Source: Lama glama
Taxonomy: Eukaryota
Direction: 5' to 3'
Length of the DNA stretch: 64,000 bases
Assembly: GCA_028534125.1 (NCBI GenBank)
Contig: CM052816.1
Coordinates: 11,844,001-11,908,000, forward strand
The translations under genes and the position numbers were made by a program. This document shows, piece after piece, positions 50,406-61,860 of the stretch (position 1 is its first letter; the number at the start of each line of letters is the position of its first letter). The notes beneath the pieces were generated by a model, which had not been told where the DNA came from, did no database searches, and was given only the letters and a program-made list of their open reading frames with translations.

Positions 50406-51052
50406 AGTAATTATAGTCAGTTTACAATGCTGTGTCAATTTCTGGTGTACAGCACAATGCTTCAGTCATACATACATATATTCTTTTTCACCATAAGTTA
50501 TAAGATACTGAATATAGTTCCTTGTGCTATACAGCATGAACTAGTTGTTCATCTATTCTATATATATCAGTTAGTGTCTGCAAATCTTTAACTCCCAATT
50601 TATCCCCTCCTACCCCCTTTCCCCCTGGGAACCACAAGTTTGTTCTCTATGTCTGAGAGTCTGTTTCTGTTTTGCAAATAAGTTTGTTTGTCTTTTTTTT
50701 ATTGTTGTTAGATTTTAGTGATACCGTATGGTACTTTTCTTTCTCTTTCTGGCTTATTTCATTTAGAATGACAGTCTCCAGGGACATCCATGTTACTGCA
50801 AATGGCATTATTTTATTCTTTTTTATGGCTGAGTAGTATTCAATAGTATAATATAAAACAACTTCTTTATTCCATTGTATAAATATAAAACAACTTCTTT
50901 ATCCAGTCATCTGTCAACGGACATGTAGGTTGTTTCCATGTCTTGGCTATTGTAAATAGTGATGCTGTGAACATTGGGGTGCATGTATCTTTTAGAATTA
51001 AGGTTCCCTCTGGATATATGCCCAGGAGTGGGATTGTTGGGTCATATGGTAA
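50406..51052 (-). mobile_element. Young camelid/artiodactyl-type L1 (ORF2 C-terminus and 3' UTR)
   Basis: Minus strand encodes LPYDPTIPLLGIYPEGTLILKDTCTPMFTASLFTIAKTWKQPTCPLTDDWIKK (L1 ORF2p C-terminus, within ORF 50867..51181), followed by the 3' UTR. Confidence 0.95.
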
Positions 51053-51590
51053 GATCACTGTCATTTGAAGGGTGGTGCAACACCACTTCCTTCTTGGCTG
51101 TAACACTGAGCCTGAAAAGATGTTTGGTTCAGAGGAGAAACCTGGTGCTGGAGGTAGTCTCTGACTCCTTCTACAGTGCAAGCATCCAGGGAGAGATGAA
51201 TATTGGACTTAATTTCTTTTTATTTCAGGGTCTCTAGGTAATAACTATTTTCATTTAAAATGACGTTCTTTTTATTAAATAGTTGTATCATGTTTGAAAA
51301 CATTTCACTTACAGAAAGTGATTTTTTAAAATATTCAGTGGGTCAGAGTACTTCATTTTATGTAAAATGTCTAGAATTAATCTCTTGCCTAGTTTTGACC
51401 CAATGCACAAGTCAAGGTTATTTCTGCTGTTTGCGGAGATGCAAGGGAAATTGTGATGGGGAACCCTGTAGGGGAGTGGTTCTGTTGCTGATGCTGGCTT
51501 TATATGCTGGCCTTATAGTGCCCGTTTCAATAAGTGTCTGCCCCAGCCCCATCCTTGAACTCCCAAATCCCAAATTATAGTCCCATTTAG

Positions 51591-51730
51591 ACTTAGAACA
51601 ATACAGAACAATCTCCAGGACGAGAGGATCTTTTATTTATGTTGTACAACAATGTTACATAATCCAGCAAGTAGTTCACCTTCATTCTTTATGATGGGTA
51701 TATAGGGCAATACATTTCTCAACGATTGGC
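51591..51730 (+). repeat. Left arm of ~140-bp inverted repeat
   Basis: ~84% identical to the reverse complement of 53255-53392 by manual alignment. Confidence 0.95.
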
Positions 51731-51884
51731 ACTTTGTAGTCGGTTCCTATGGTTATGGCATCTTCTAATTCTGCTCAGACCTATGGTGTGAATGACAGGA
51801 AATGCTGTCTCTGTTCCACCATCCAGTTCCTCGAGACAGGGAAGAATGTCAGAAGTAGATGCAGATGAGCACAATCAGTAAGGC

Positions 51885-52085
51885 CACAAGTTTTGACTGT
51901 ACACACCCAGATGTGAGTCCTGTTTCTCCTCTTATCAATTTCATGTCCCTTGGAAAGTGTTCTGAACCCCAGTTTTCTTAAGACCTACTCCACAGAGGAG
52001 GAGTTGTGAGGATAAAATTGGACCAGTACAACTGACATACTTCACACAGTGCCAAGCATATGGTAGGTTTCAATCAAAATTAGTT
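51885..52085 (+). mobile_element. MIR SINE
   Basis: cacccagatgtgagtcctg...ttggaaagtgttctgaaccccagtttt...gttgtgaggataaaa...cacagtgccaagcatatggtagg. Confidence 0.7.
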
Positions 52086-52324
52086 TTTTCTTTAATTAAT
52101 AGCAGACATACTGAATGCATTCTTTACATCTTGAAATAAATTCTTCTGAGGATTGATTCACAAAACCCTTTTGGAATTTTGAAAAGTTTAGATCAAAAAT
52201 CTCTATTCTTAGTGCAGAAAACTCCCTGATATAGACAGTAAAATCAGCAGGGTCCAAACCAACCACTTTCGTATTTATTTGGTGGCAGCCTGGGTCAGAG
52301 TTGCGGGTAGAAAAAATAGCAAGA

Positions 52325-52450
52325 AGCTGAGAGTTGAAGATTTGAGTTTCAGGGTAAATCCTACCATTGCTTCATTGCATTATTTTAGGCAAGTGTGGAT
52401 TTGTTTCCTAAGCAGGGAAAAATGGGGTTCTTCCTCCCACCCCTAGGGTT
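52325..52450 (+). mobile_element. MIR fragment
   Basis: gagttgaagatttgagtttc...ttaggcaagt...gtttcctaagcagggaaaaatgggg. Confidence 0.5.
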
Positions 52451-52794
52451 TCATTAGACTTCACCAGATAGAGACTCCTCCTTTAAATAAGAACAAACAA
52501 AAACGTTCTTGAATTTGCCACTATCTCTTCTTGTCTCCTTATCCATATTATTCCACATCTGTTGTTCAGCCATGATTGACACACTTTTACGTACCGGACA
52601 ATTACAGCGAACATTCTTCCCAATCTCCTGTTGTTGTATTAGCTTGTTCTTTCTCAGTACAGATCATGTCCCTAAATATCTGAAACTAATTAGCTAATTC
52701 CCTATTGTACCTAGATTGTTAACAACACACAAAGCAAAACGAGACTACTTTCCATTCATGTTGCAGAACCTAACTTTATATTCATGAGGATGTA

Positions 52795-53040
52795 GTGATA
52801 ATTTTTTAGCATCAACATTTGTTGAGTACATGCTATGTATCAGACAGTGTGCTAAGTACTTTATGTGCATTAATCCTCAGAATGAACACATGAAGAAGAT
52901 ATCATTATGGTCTTCATTTTATAGATGGACAACTGGTTAGAGAGATCAGTTACTTTCCTAAATTCAAACATTTCAAAAAATGGTGAACATATTTTAAACC
53001 AAGAAGTCTTTGTCTGTGGCACTCTTATTTTAACTACTTG
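52795..53040 (-). mobile_element. MIR SINE
   Basis: aacatttgttgagtacatgctatgtatcagacagtgtgctaagtactttatgtgcattaatcctca...cattttatagatggacaactgg. Confidence 0.8.
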
Positions 53041-53254
53041 GTTTCTGGAGTCTCTGGAAATTAGGAATGACAGAAAAACCACCATCTCTCCCCTGAAAAT
53101 TAAACAAAAAAATAAAATAAAAACAGAAGGGGGTCTTTATATTAAGAACTTACTGAATGCAGTGATAGTTTTTAGCTGAACATACATAATTAATTTCCTC
53201 TCAAATCAATTTAACATCTAAATAATGCAGCACGAGCTAATGGGCTCTCAGCTG

Positions 53255-53392
53255 GCCAAACATTAAGAGATATATTGCCCCATATACTCATCATAAAGAA
53301 TGAAGTGAACAACTTGCCTGGTTACATAACATTGTTGTACAACATACATAAAAGATTCTCTCGTTTGGCAATTGTTCTGTACTTTTCTAAGT
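53255..53392 (-). repeat. Right arm of ~140-bp inverted repeat
   Basis: Reverse complement of 51591-51730, including a perfect 20-bp core (53327-53346 vs 51638-51657). Confidence 0.95.
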
Positions 53393-54569
53393 TTTGCTAA
53401 ATCAGACTTCCTTCTAATCTCACAGATGCCAGCAGTTTAAAAGCAGTTCAAGAATCCTAATTTATATCTGGTGTTTAGCTTTGAATAAAATGGGCCAGCA
53501 AATGCGGGGGGGCGGGGGGGAGCATAACTTAAGGATGGAATTTATTTCCAGCCTTCTAAACACAGATTTCCAATAAACATCCACTTAGAGAACCATTTCA
53601 TTAAGCTAACTGCAGCCGAAAACAAGTTCCCTGATGTTTCTTTGAGCATTTTTATTTTGTAAAATGAATCATTACTTTCTGTGTTTTGGCTTGACAGTCT
53701 TTCCCCCCCAGTTGTGTAATTTTTGCATTTGTCACTCACATTGCTTGTATTTCCAGAGAATTGTTCCAAGACATTTATGCTTTGGAATGAGACGCTTAAC
53801 TTGGTGACATGAGTTTGGAGAAGCCCCCAAACCACTAAGTTGCATTACTTTGTCCTTTGAAAAACTGGTTGAGGGTCTTGACTTCCTCATTTCAATTAAA
53901 GCTTAGTAGCCCCTTAAGGCCGACTCTGGGGTGACTGTAATGAACTGGTAATAAACAGGATGGATAGCTGTGGCCCTAGGAGGAAGCAGGGGAAATGACA
54001 ACCAGGGCTTGTAAAGCTTTCTTTCATCTGTGATTTGGTCAATAATCCAGATATTTGCAAACCCATTCTTAACCACTTCACCCTCAAGTGATGAAACTTT
54101 ACTGATGGAGAACTAATGGAATGTGAAGAAAAACTGAAGCAAGATGTTGGAGGGAAAATTTTCAGTATACAAACTCCACATAGGCAAGTAAGATGATGGA
54201 AAACTCAAGAGTCAGTTAATCCTAACAGAATTTGCCTTTGGTGTCTTTGGTTAGGTAGTCAAACTGAGAGAAGAGTCTATTCAGATTACTAAAAGATGGT
54301 TATATTTCATGCCTGCTAGTAAGCATAGGAGATGCAGTCAAGAAGGGCATAATTTATCTTGTGGAGAAACTCTCAGTGTGGTAGCTACATATTCATTCTA
54401 CCATTCAAAGGATCAGATAATGATAATTAGAATAAGCAGACCCTTTCTTGAACATTTACTTTATGCTGATAGGGCGTTAAGATAATGAAAGTAAATTCAA
54501 TCGCATCAACCTCATGACAGCCGTAAGAATGAGTAGTATTATTAATAGCAATACCTAACATTGTGGACT

Positions 54570-55069
54570 NNNNNNNNNNNNNNNNNNNNNNNNNNNNNNN
54601 NNNNNNNNNNNNNNNNNNNNNNNNNNNNNNNNNNNNNNNNNNNNNNNNNNNNNNNNNNNNNNNNNNNNNNNNNNNNNNNNNNNNNNNNNNNNNNNNNNNN
54701 NNNNNNNNNNNNNNNNNNNNNNNNNNNNNNNNNNNNNNNNNNNNNNNNNNNNNNNNNNNNNNNNNNNNNNNNNNNNNNNNNNNNNNNNNNNNNNNNNNNN
54801 NNNNNNNNNNNNNNNNNNNNNNNNNNNNNNNNNNNNNNNNNNNNNNNNNNNNNNNNNNNNNNNNNNNNNNNNNNNNNNNNNNNNNNNNNNNNNNNNNNNN
54901 NNNNNNNNNNNNNNNNNNNNNNNNNNNNNNNNNNNNNNNNNNNNNNNNNNNNNNNNNNNNNNNNNNNNNNNNNNNNNNNNNNNNNNNNNNNNNNNNNNNN
55001 NNNNNNNNNNNNNNNNNNNNNNNNNNNNNNNNNNNNNNNNNNNNNNNNNNNNNNNNNNNNNNNNNNNNN
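54570..55069. other. Assembly gap (500 N)
   Basis: Run of exactly 500 N. Confidence 1.
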
Positions 55070-55089
55070 TCTTACTCTAAGAAATACAC

Positions 55090-55555
55090 CTCCCCAGTTT
55101 GCAGACTGCATGGGTTTTGGTAGTGGAGGCTGACTTCACGTCCAGGTCCGGAAGGTAAACAGTTTATTCAGTTTTAATGAATATGACCATGCATTTCCAT
55201 GGCTAGGGATTTATTCTGGGTTGGGTGTTGGGACCTAGTTGAAGCCCACTAATCACTGAATTATTGAGAAAAAGGCATGGTTTTCCAGATAAAGTTGTTA
55301 GGCTGTTAGGATATAATCCCGATTTGCTGGTTGCCATATTTTCCATTTCTTGGAGAGAACCTGAGATCTGAGCCAACAAAAAAAAGATTGCAGAATAGAG
55401 AGGTACAGTGAGAGCATATGGGTCCCACTGTTCCAAAAAGTGAGTACCCCATGGATTTTTCTATTACATGTGTGAATATGTTTCTTTTTCCTTCCCAAAA
55501 GCCAGTTTTAGTTGGGTTGTTGTCATTTGCAACTAAATCATCCTGAGTAATCCAG
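55090..55555 (+). mobile_element. MaLR solo LTR (old MLT1-type)
   Basis: 3' end aagccagttttagttgggttgttgtcatttgcaactaaatcatcctgagtaatcca is typical of MLT1J/K/L. Confidence 0.6.
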
Positions 55556-56724
55556 TAAATTGCAAAAAAAAAAAAATACAGGAGAATGTTCCAGGCTATT
55601 TTTTTTTCATGAATCAAGCTTCATCTCTTTATTAAGAGGATCTGCAAGCAAGCCAACATCTAGAAAACACATCTCTGTTCTTCTTGCTCCCATCCAGACA
55701 GAAATAGTAGATTGAAAGACAAACATTTCCTGACTGCCAGTACACACAGACACACACAACACATACGTAAATAAGCCATCAGACAGACCTGCATGATGGT
55801 TCCGTTAATGCCTGCCATACATCACTCCTGTGTTTAAATCTACAATCGGGAGTGTACTTCTTTTTAACAACACGAGCAAAGAAATTATTTCCAGTTGCAT
55901 TTTTACAAATTGCTCTCAATTGTGACATTTATCTTCCATCCCAATCAAGTGTAATTTACCAGAAAGACTGCATAATGTTTCTGTATTTAAAATATGTGAG
56001 GTTTTTGTAACAACCCCCTCACACCCCATCGCTACTAGGGATGTTCTTGTAACACACCTCCCCTCCCCCACCCCCAATTTCCCTACTAGGTAAGGTTTGG
56101 AGTTGGCATCGTTTAAACAAACTCGTCAAGATATAATGGCTCCCTCAAACCTTATCTACTGCAAGAATAAATGGCCAATTGCTAAGAAGCTTCACTGGTT
56201 CAGTTCACAGTGAATCAGTTGAAATAGCTTGGAAGTTGGAGGGCCAATTTGATTGTAGGTACTATAATGAAAAATGTGTGTTGGATGAGCAGGATGCAGG
56301 ATGAGCCCATCACTCCTTTAGTGACTAAGACACAAGAGGGCAGTAACATGAGGTCTGTTACTGTCATCTGATGGGACCTTGGACCTCTTACCCAGCAGTT
56401 GCCAAACCCTGGGCTATGAATCTGTGGAAATCCATGATGAAATTTTCACCACACTGTGGCACAAAAAAAAAAAAATCAATACTGGAACATGAGTTTTTTT
56501 TTTTCCAAAGCTAAATTTATTCCATTTAAAAGGACTGCCATTTAATTCAAGATTATGGCCTTCCAGTTCTTTGGTTTGAAATATTTTTTCTTGGATAAAA
56601 GAGTGGCAATACTCAATGAAAGCTTTGAAAATAAATTTAACTGAGAAATTAAAAATTGGCAGCCCCATATTTCTTTAATTTTTATTGTTCTGGCACCAAG
56701 CACAGTTCTGTCCAATAATGATCA

Positions 56725-56900
56725 TGTTAATGTTAGGCACTAGCATCTGGGAAATGCTATCATATGCCAAGCACTGTGCTAAATGGTGTGTATGCTTAAT
56801 CCTTACCTCAACACTGCTGCATGGGTGCTACTATTATCTCCATGTTGCAGGTAAGGAAACTGAACCCTATGGGCTTAAGGACCTTGCCTAAGGTCACAAA
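56725..56900 (-). mobile_element. MIR SINE
   Basis: atgccaagcactgtgctaaatg...ttaatccttac...ggaaactga...ttgcctaaggtcaca. Confidence 0.8.
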
Positions 56901-57510
56901 ACACAGTCACAAAATGAACTGTGTGGCCTTGTTCTTCAGAACTTCACCACATCTGGCATTAAGAATGTGAATCTGCTAGATAATGATGGTGACATTCTTT
57001 TGAGCAACTTGGCAAGAGAAACCTGAGAATGATAGCTGGTAGATACGGAAATGAGAATGGAAAAGTGCATTTAGAAGTCTCCTATTCCAGGAAGTTTTAA
57101 ACTATGACAGTGCACAGACTGACAGGATCAGAAAGGTTTGTAGACACCGAGAACTCCTTTTTCATATTACGGGTGAAAGGAAAATGTTCCTGGTAACTGT
57201 CATGGCTAGTTTGGGTAGCAGACTCCTGTGCACTTTCTGCTGTGTGACACGGCTGCAGTGCTTCTGTTCTGGGTGAGAACAGGGCCGTCTCTGCTCACAT
57301 TTCCCCCATGGTTCAGAAGAATTACTCTTGGATAAATTTCCTCAACCCTAGGAGATGCCCTGATCTCTTATTTTCCTTCCCACTCTAGGTCAAATATCTC
57401 AGACAGGCAGGAGTGTAAAGCATCACAGAGGCATTCATCAATCCCACTATTGATAAGAGTAAGACAGTGTCACTTTAGGTGTGGCTAAAGTAAACAGAAG
57501 ATAGTCCAAA

Positions 57511-58060
57511 GGTCGCAGATGGATTGTAAGATTGCCTCAAGGACTCCACCTCCTGAAGGTCACACCCTTGCGTGGACCCCTCCCCATGAGTGATGGTGGT
57601 ACTTGTGACTTGTTTCCCACCAACTGAATATGGCAAGGGTGATGGAAGGTCACTTCTGTGATTACATTACTTAGGCTTGTAACACTTGTCTTGCTCGAAC
57701 TTTCTTTCCCTTGCTGGCTTTTAAGAAGCAAACTGCCATATTTTGAACTGCCTATGGAGAGGACCACATGGTGAGGAACTGGGGGTGGCCTCTGGTCAAC
57801 AGCTAGCAAGAAACTGAGGCCCTCATTCCCAAAGCCTGCAAAGAGTGAAATTCTTCCAGGGGCTGCGTGAGCTTGGAAGTGGACCTTTCCAACTCTAATG
57901 GAACTACATCCCTGGCTGACACTGCAGAGGACCCAGCTCTGCCTGGTCTCCTGACCCCTAGAAACTATAAGATAGTAAGTGTGCCTTGGTTTTAGTTGCT
58001 ACATTTGTGGTAATGTTTTATTTATGTCTATATCTGTATCTATCAATAGATAACTAACAC
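57511..58060 (+). mobile_element. MaLR solo LTR (MLT1E/F-like), full length
   Basis: gaatatggcaagggtgatgga...gaagcaaactgccat...ggagaggaccacatggtgaggaactg...acagctagcaagaaactgaggccctca...caatagataactaacaca. Confidence 0.9.
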
Positions 58061-58069
58061 ATAACGTTT

Positions 58070-58830
58070 GTGCCTTGAGAGGCTTAGATGATGCGGGTGA
58101 GATCCCCTGAGACAGAGAAATTGAGAGAAGGCCAGAGTCTGGGGATGTGGAAAACAATATGAGTTCAGTTTGGGATTGTAGAGGCTGAGGTAACTAAGGA
58201 CATCCAGTTGGAAGGTGTTCAGTAGGTATAGAGACACATGGTTCTGGGGCTTGTCAAAGAGGACTCAACTGGAAAGAGAGGCTTGGGAGTCATGAATCCT
58301 TATGGGCAGGGTTCCCTCAAAATGGATTCTCAGATGGAAATCCATGTGCAGTAAATGTATTAGGGTATTCTGATATGGACGCCTATGTGAAATGAGGAGG
58401 CCGTAGGATGGGGTAGTGGGAGAGCATGGGTGTGATGCAGACTCAACATATGCTTCTGCTGACCCAGTGGGTGAGCTCTGAAGCTGGACGGGCCCAGGAG
58501 AGGAGCAGGCCTTTACTCCCCTGCACTGATGGTTGCTGGGTACAGACTCTGAGAAGGCATGGCCTTGAGTGAAGGAGCTCTCCTCAGCTGAGTGAGTTCT
58601 TGGAGAGGGCTGAGAGCTGAGGTTTATCAGCGAGCGGCACCCCAGCATCTGGAGGAATGACTCCTTCAGTAGGGAGTCTGGGTATTCGTGACAGTGTCCA
58701 CTAATTTGGCAGCTGGAGCTCTCGGTGTGGCTGTGAGTCCCTTCAGGAAATTGGTAGTCTGAGACGTGGAAAGGGATAAGGACAAGGATGGAAACCCTGA
58801 AGGGAAGAATGAGAAGATACTGTTTAAGAT
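58070..58830 (-). mobile_element. L2 fragment interrupted by LTR16C
   Basis: tgagttcagtttggga...gacatccagttggaaggtgttcagtagg...gcttgggagtcat, resuming after the LTR with ggacaaggatggaaaccctgaaggga. Confidence 0.65.
58300..58702 (-). mobile_element. ERVL solo LTR (LTR16C-like)
   Basis: gggttccctcaaaatggattctcagatgga...gctgacccagtgggtgagctctgaagctgg...ggcatggccttgagtgaag...ctcagctgag...gtccacta. Confidence 0.75.
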
Positions 58831-59357
58831 TTAAATGAGTAGGGGCATTAAATTTTGTGCAAGGTGAACAGCACTCCAAAGTTTTGGAGGTTGAATGAAA
58901 GAGCATCAAATACAAGGTGCATATTCTGTGGCACAAAATAAATTTTTATTAGATCTGATACAGCAGATACTCAGATTCTAAAAAATATAAAGGCAAGGTT
59001 ACTCTTTGGTTCCACATTATTCATTTATATATATTATATAATATGCACAACATACTTATTATATAATATATGTAATCTAGTTTTTTAAAATGACAATGAA
59101 GCCTTTATTGCTTCTCATCCCTGTACAAAGTTTACCAAACACTTAATAGCTACCAGACATTATGCTAGTGCTGGGACATGAGAGTGACCCCTGCAATCTG
59201 GGGAGAGTCACAGTCACAAAGGAAAGAGCACTGTGCCCTGCGGCAGGTACCAGGGTTGGAGCAGCACAGAGAAGGTGCCCTCAGCCCAGGGTCATCCAGG
59301 GTTCATTACCCTCTGGTCACCAGTCATGCAGGTGAGTCACCCGGGCACAGTGTGCCT

Positions 59358-59500
59358 TCTGAGTCAGGGAGACTGGGCTTCACTTCCCCCATCTTTTACC
59401 ATTGTGCAGCCTCAAATGAGTTACTTAACCTCTGTTAACCTTAATTCTGGCAATTGTAAAGTGGAGAAATAACCATTATCCTGCAGAGTTGCTCTAAGGA
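59358..59500 (+). mobile_element. MIR fragment
   Basis: ctgagtcagggagactgggc...gagttacttaacctctgttaacct...tgtaaagtggagaaataa. Confidence 0.7.
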
Positions 59501-59940
59501 CTATTTCTGATTCATTCATTCAGCAGATTATTTCTTGAACACCCGCAAATGTGCCAACCTCATATTAACTTTCTCATGAAAGCTTTATCATTGTATCTTT
59601 AAGACATAAAATTCTGCATACTGCCAAATACGAACATTTACTATTGCAGAAAGAATTTCGTGGCTGTGTCACAACCATTCAAGAACCAACTAGATAAATC
59701 AGTAATTCTTTGTAAACAAATGAGAGTAAGAAATGAAGGTGCCATTTTTTAGGAGTTAGGAATTTGTTAACTTACCGTGATTGGATTAGGGCAGGAAAAT
59801 TAACATCAGGAATAGCATTTTACACAATGAATCTTATTGGCCCTCGTGACTTTAGAGAGTACCAATATCTGGACCCCTTCTTTCATTCAGAGACAGTTAC
59901 TCTCCATCATAGTCTTTCTCACATCAAATATGGACACTTT

Positions 59941-60640
59941 TCTATGTGAGTCTGTTTGTTTTGTATATAGATTCATTTATATATATATTTTTAATTCCAC
60001 ATACAAGTGATACATAGTAACATTTGTCTTTGACTTACTTCACTTAGTATAATATTCTCTAGGTCCTTTCATGTTACTGTAAATGGCAAATTTTCATTCA
60101 TTTTTGTGGCTGAGTAATGTGTGTGTATATATATCTCACATCTTCTTAAGCCAATCATCTATTGATGGGCACTTGGGTTGTTTCCATGTCTTGACTATTG
60201 TAAATAGTGATGCCATGAATATTGGGGTGCATGTATCTTTTAGACTTAGAGTTTTCATCTTTTCCAGATTTATACCAAGGAGTGGGATTGCTGAACTATA
60301 TGGTAGCTCTATTTTTAGTTCTTAAAGGAACCTCCATAATGATTTCTCAAGTGGCTGCACCAAATCACATTTCCACCAACAGTGAAGGAGGGTTTGGTTA
60401 CCAAAGGGGAAAGGAAGGGAGGGAGGGATAAATTAAGAGTATGGGGATAACAGATACAAACTACTATACAAAAAATAGATAAGCAAATAGGACTTTCTGC
60501 ATAGCACAGGGAACTATATTCAATATCTTGTAATAACCTATAATGGAAAATAATCTGAAAAAAAAAACAAACAACTGAATCACTCTGCTGTACACCTGAA
60601 ACTAACACAATATTATAAATGAACTATATTTTGGTTAAAA
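59941..60640 (+). mobile_element. 5'-inverted (twin-primed) L1 with TSD
   Basis: Antisense L1 segment 59941-60394 is fused to a sense L1 3' end 60395-60640 with an A-tail; TSD aaatatggacacttt (59926-59940) / aaatacaaacacttt (60641-60655). Confidence 0.9.
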
Positions 60641-61044
60641 AAATACAAACACTTTGACCATGTGGAACGTCTACAAAGACCACAAACTAGGTAGAAAAGA
60701 GAAATTTTAAACTGCTAAAAAGAAAGAGAGGCAACTTAGGTGAAACATTTTAATGGAATGGTATGAGCGAAAGGCCTTTGATCTCCACGACTACAATAGT
60801 ACTTTTAACCAAAGTACATTGGTCGTCAGTGTTGCTTCCACCAAATTCTTTAAATGTCATTTAAAGGAAAACTGTATCATAATAAAAATGTTACTGGAGA
60901 GTAAAAGAGGAACTCGTCAATACATGCTTGCTGAATTGATCATTAAGAAACAGTTCTGCTTTTTACCTTTATCCTGCCTTCTAGTGACATCTCCGTGTGC
61001 TAAGTAGATTTTATCTCCTCTCGTTTTTTCTAATGATAAAAGTT

Positions 61045-61290
61045 GACTATAGTGAATGATTATTATGTGCCAGGAACTGCTCGAAGTATCTTATGTGTAT
61101 TCATTCATTTAACTTGACTTATGAGGTGTGTATTATGATTAATCACAATATATAGTTAAGGAAACTTGAGCAGAGGGGCTAAGTAACTCCCTGAAAGTCA
61201 CAGTGTTGGGAAGTGGTGGAGCCAGGATTTAACCCACATAGTATTCTGAACCAGACCTCTAGTTCTTTACCATTGTACTCAGTAGCCTCT
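61045..61290 (-). mobile_element. MIR SINE, near full length
   Basis: tgaatgattattatgtgccaggaactg...aaggaaacttgag...aagtggtggagccaggatttaaccca. Confidence 0.85.
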
Positions 61291-61860
61291 CAAAATTATG
61301 AAACAGTGTCTCCTCATTTACCTGTTACCACACCAATATAGCCTGATTACACTGGCATGTGCCGCTCGCCGCTCTGCAGGTCCTTCACATCACCACATCA
61401 GTCACACTCTTATTTTCTTCAGATGGTCCCTTGCCCACTTACAGCTCCAGACTCACTGCACACCATTCTGTTTTCCTCTTTTAGTCTTGCTGACCTCACT
61501 CAACCCCTCTAACACATGGTGATCTCTTCTGCCTGCCCTTAGGAAATGAGCTGGTTCCTCATTCTGGGGTCACTGTGTCCCTTTCTTCATCTGGCTCATG
61601 CCTATATCCTCTTCTGGCATTGACTTAACATGCCTTTCCTCTGAACACTCTTCCCTGACTCCTATTTCACACTCTTCTTTGCAGCATGTTGCACAGGTAT
61701 GATTAATTACTAAATTATTTATTTACCTATAATCCTATATTAGATTACCATTGTCCCCATTAGTCCTCAAGGTCCCCATGAGGACATGGCCCTGTCTTCC
61801 TGTATCCCAGTGACTTGCATAGCACCCTGCACAAAGCAAGTGATTATTAATATTCAGGCA

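Noticed and set aside
56830..56856. CAG|GTAAGG preceded by pyrimidines
   Set aside because: A mutated MIR core (ttttacagatgaggaaactga) with a weak tract; most likely chance.
58265..58936. 223-aa minus-strand ORF, the longest N-free ORF
   Set aside because: Non-ATG start, lies across an LTR16C-like LTR and L2, and has no recognisable domain; a chance ORF.
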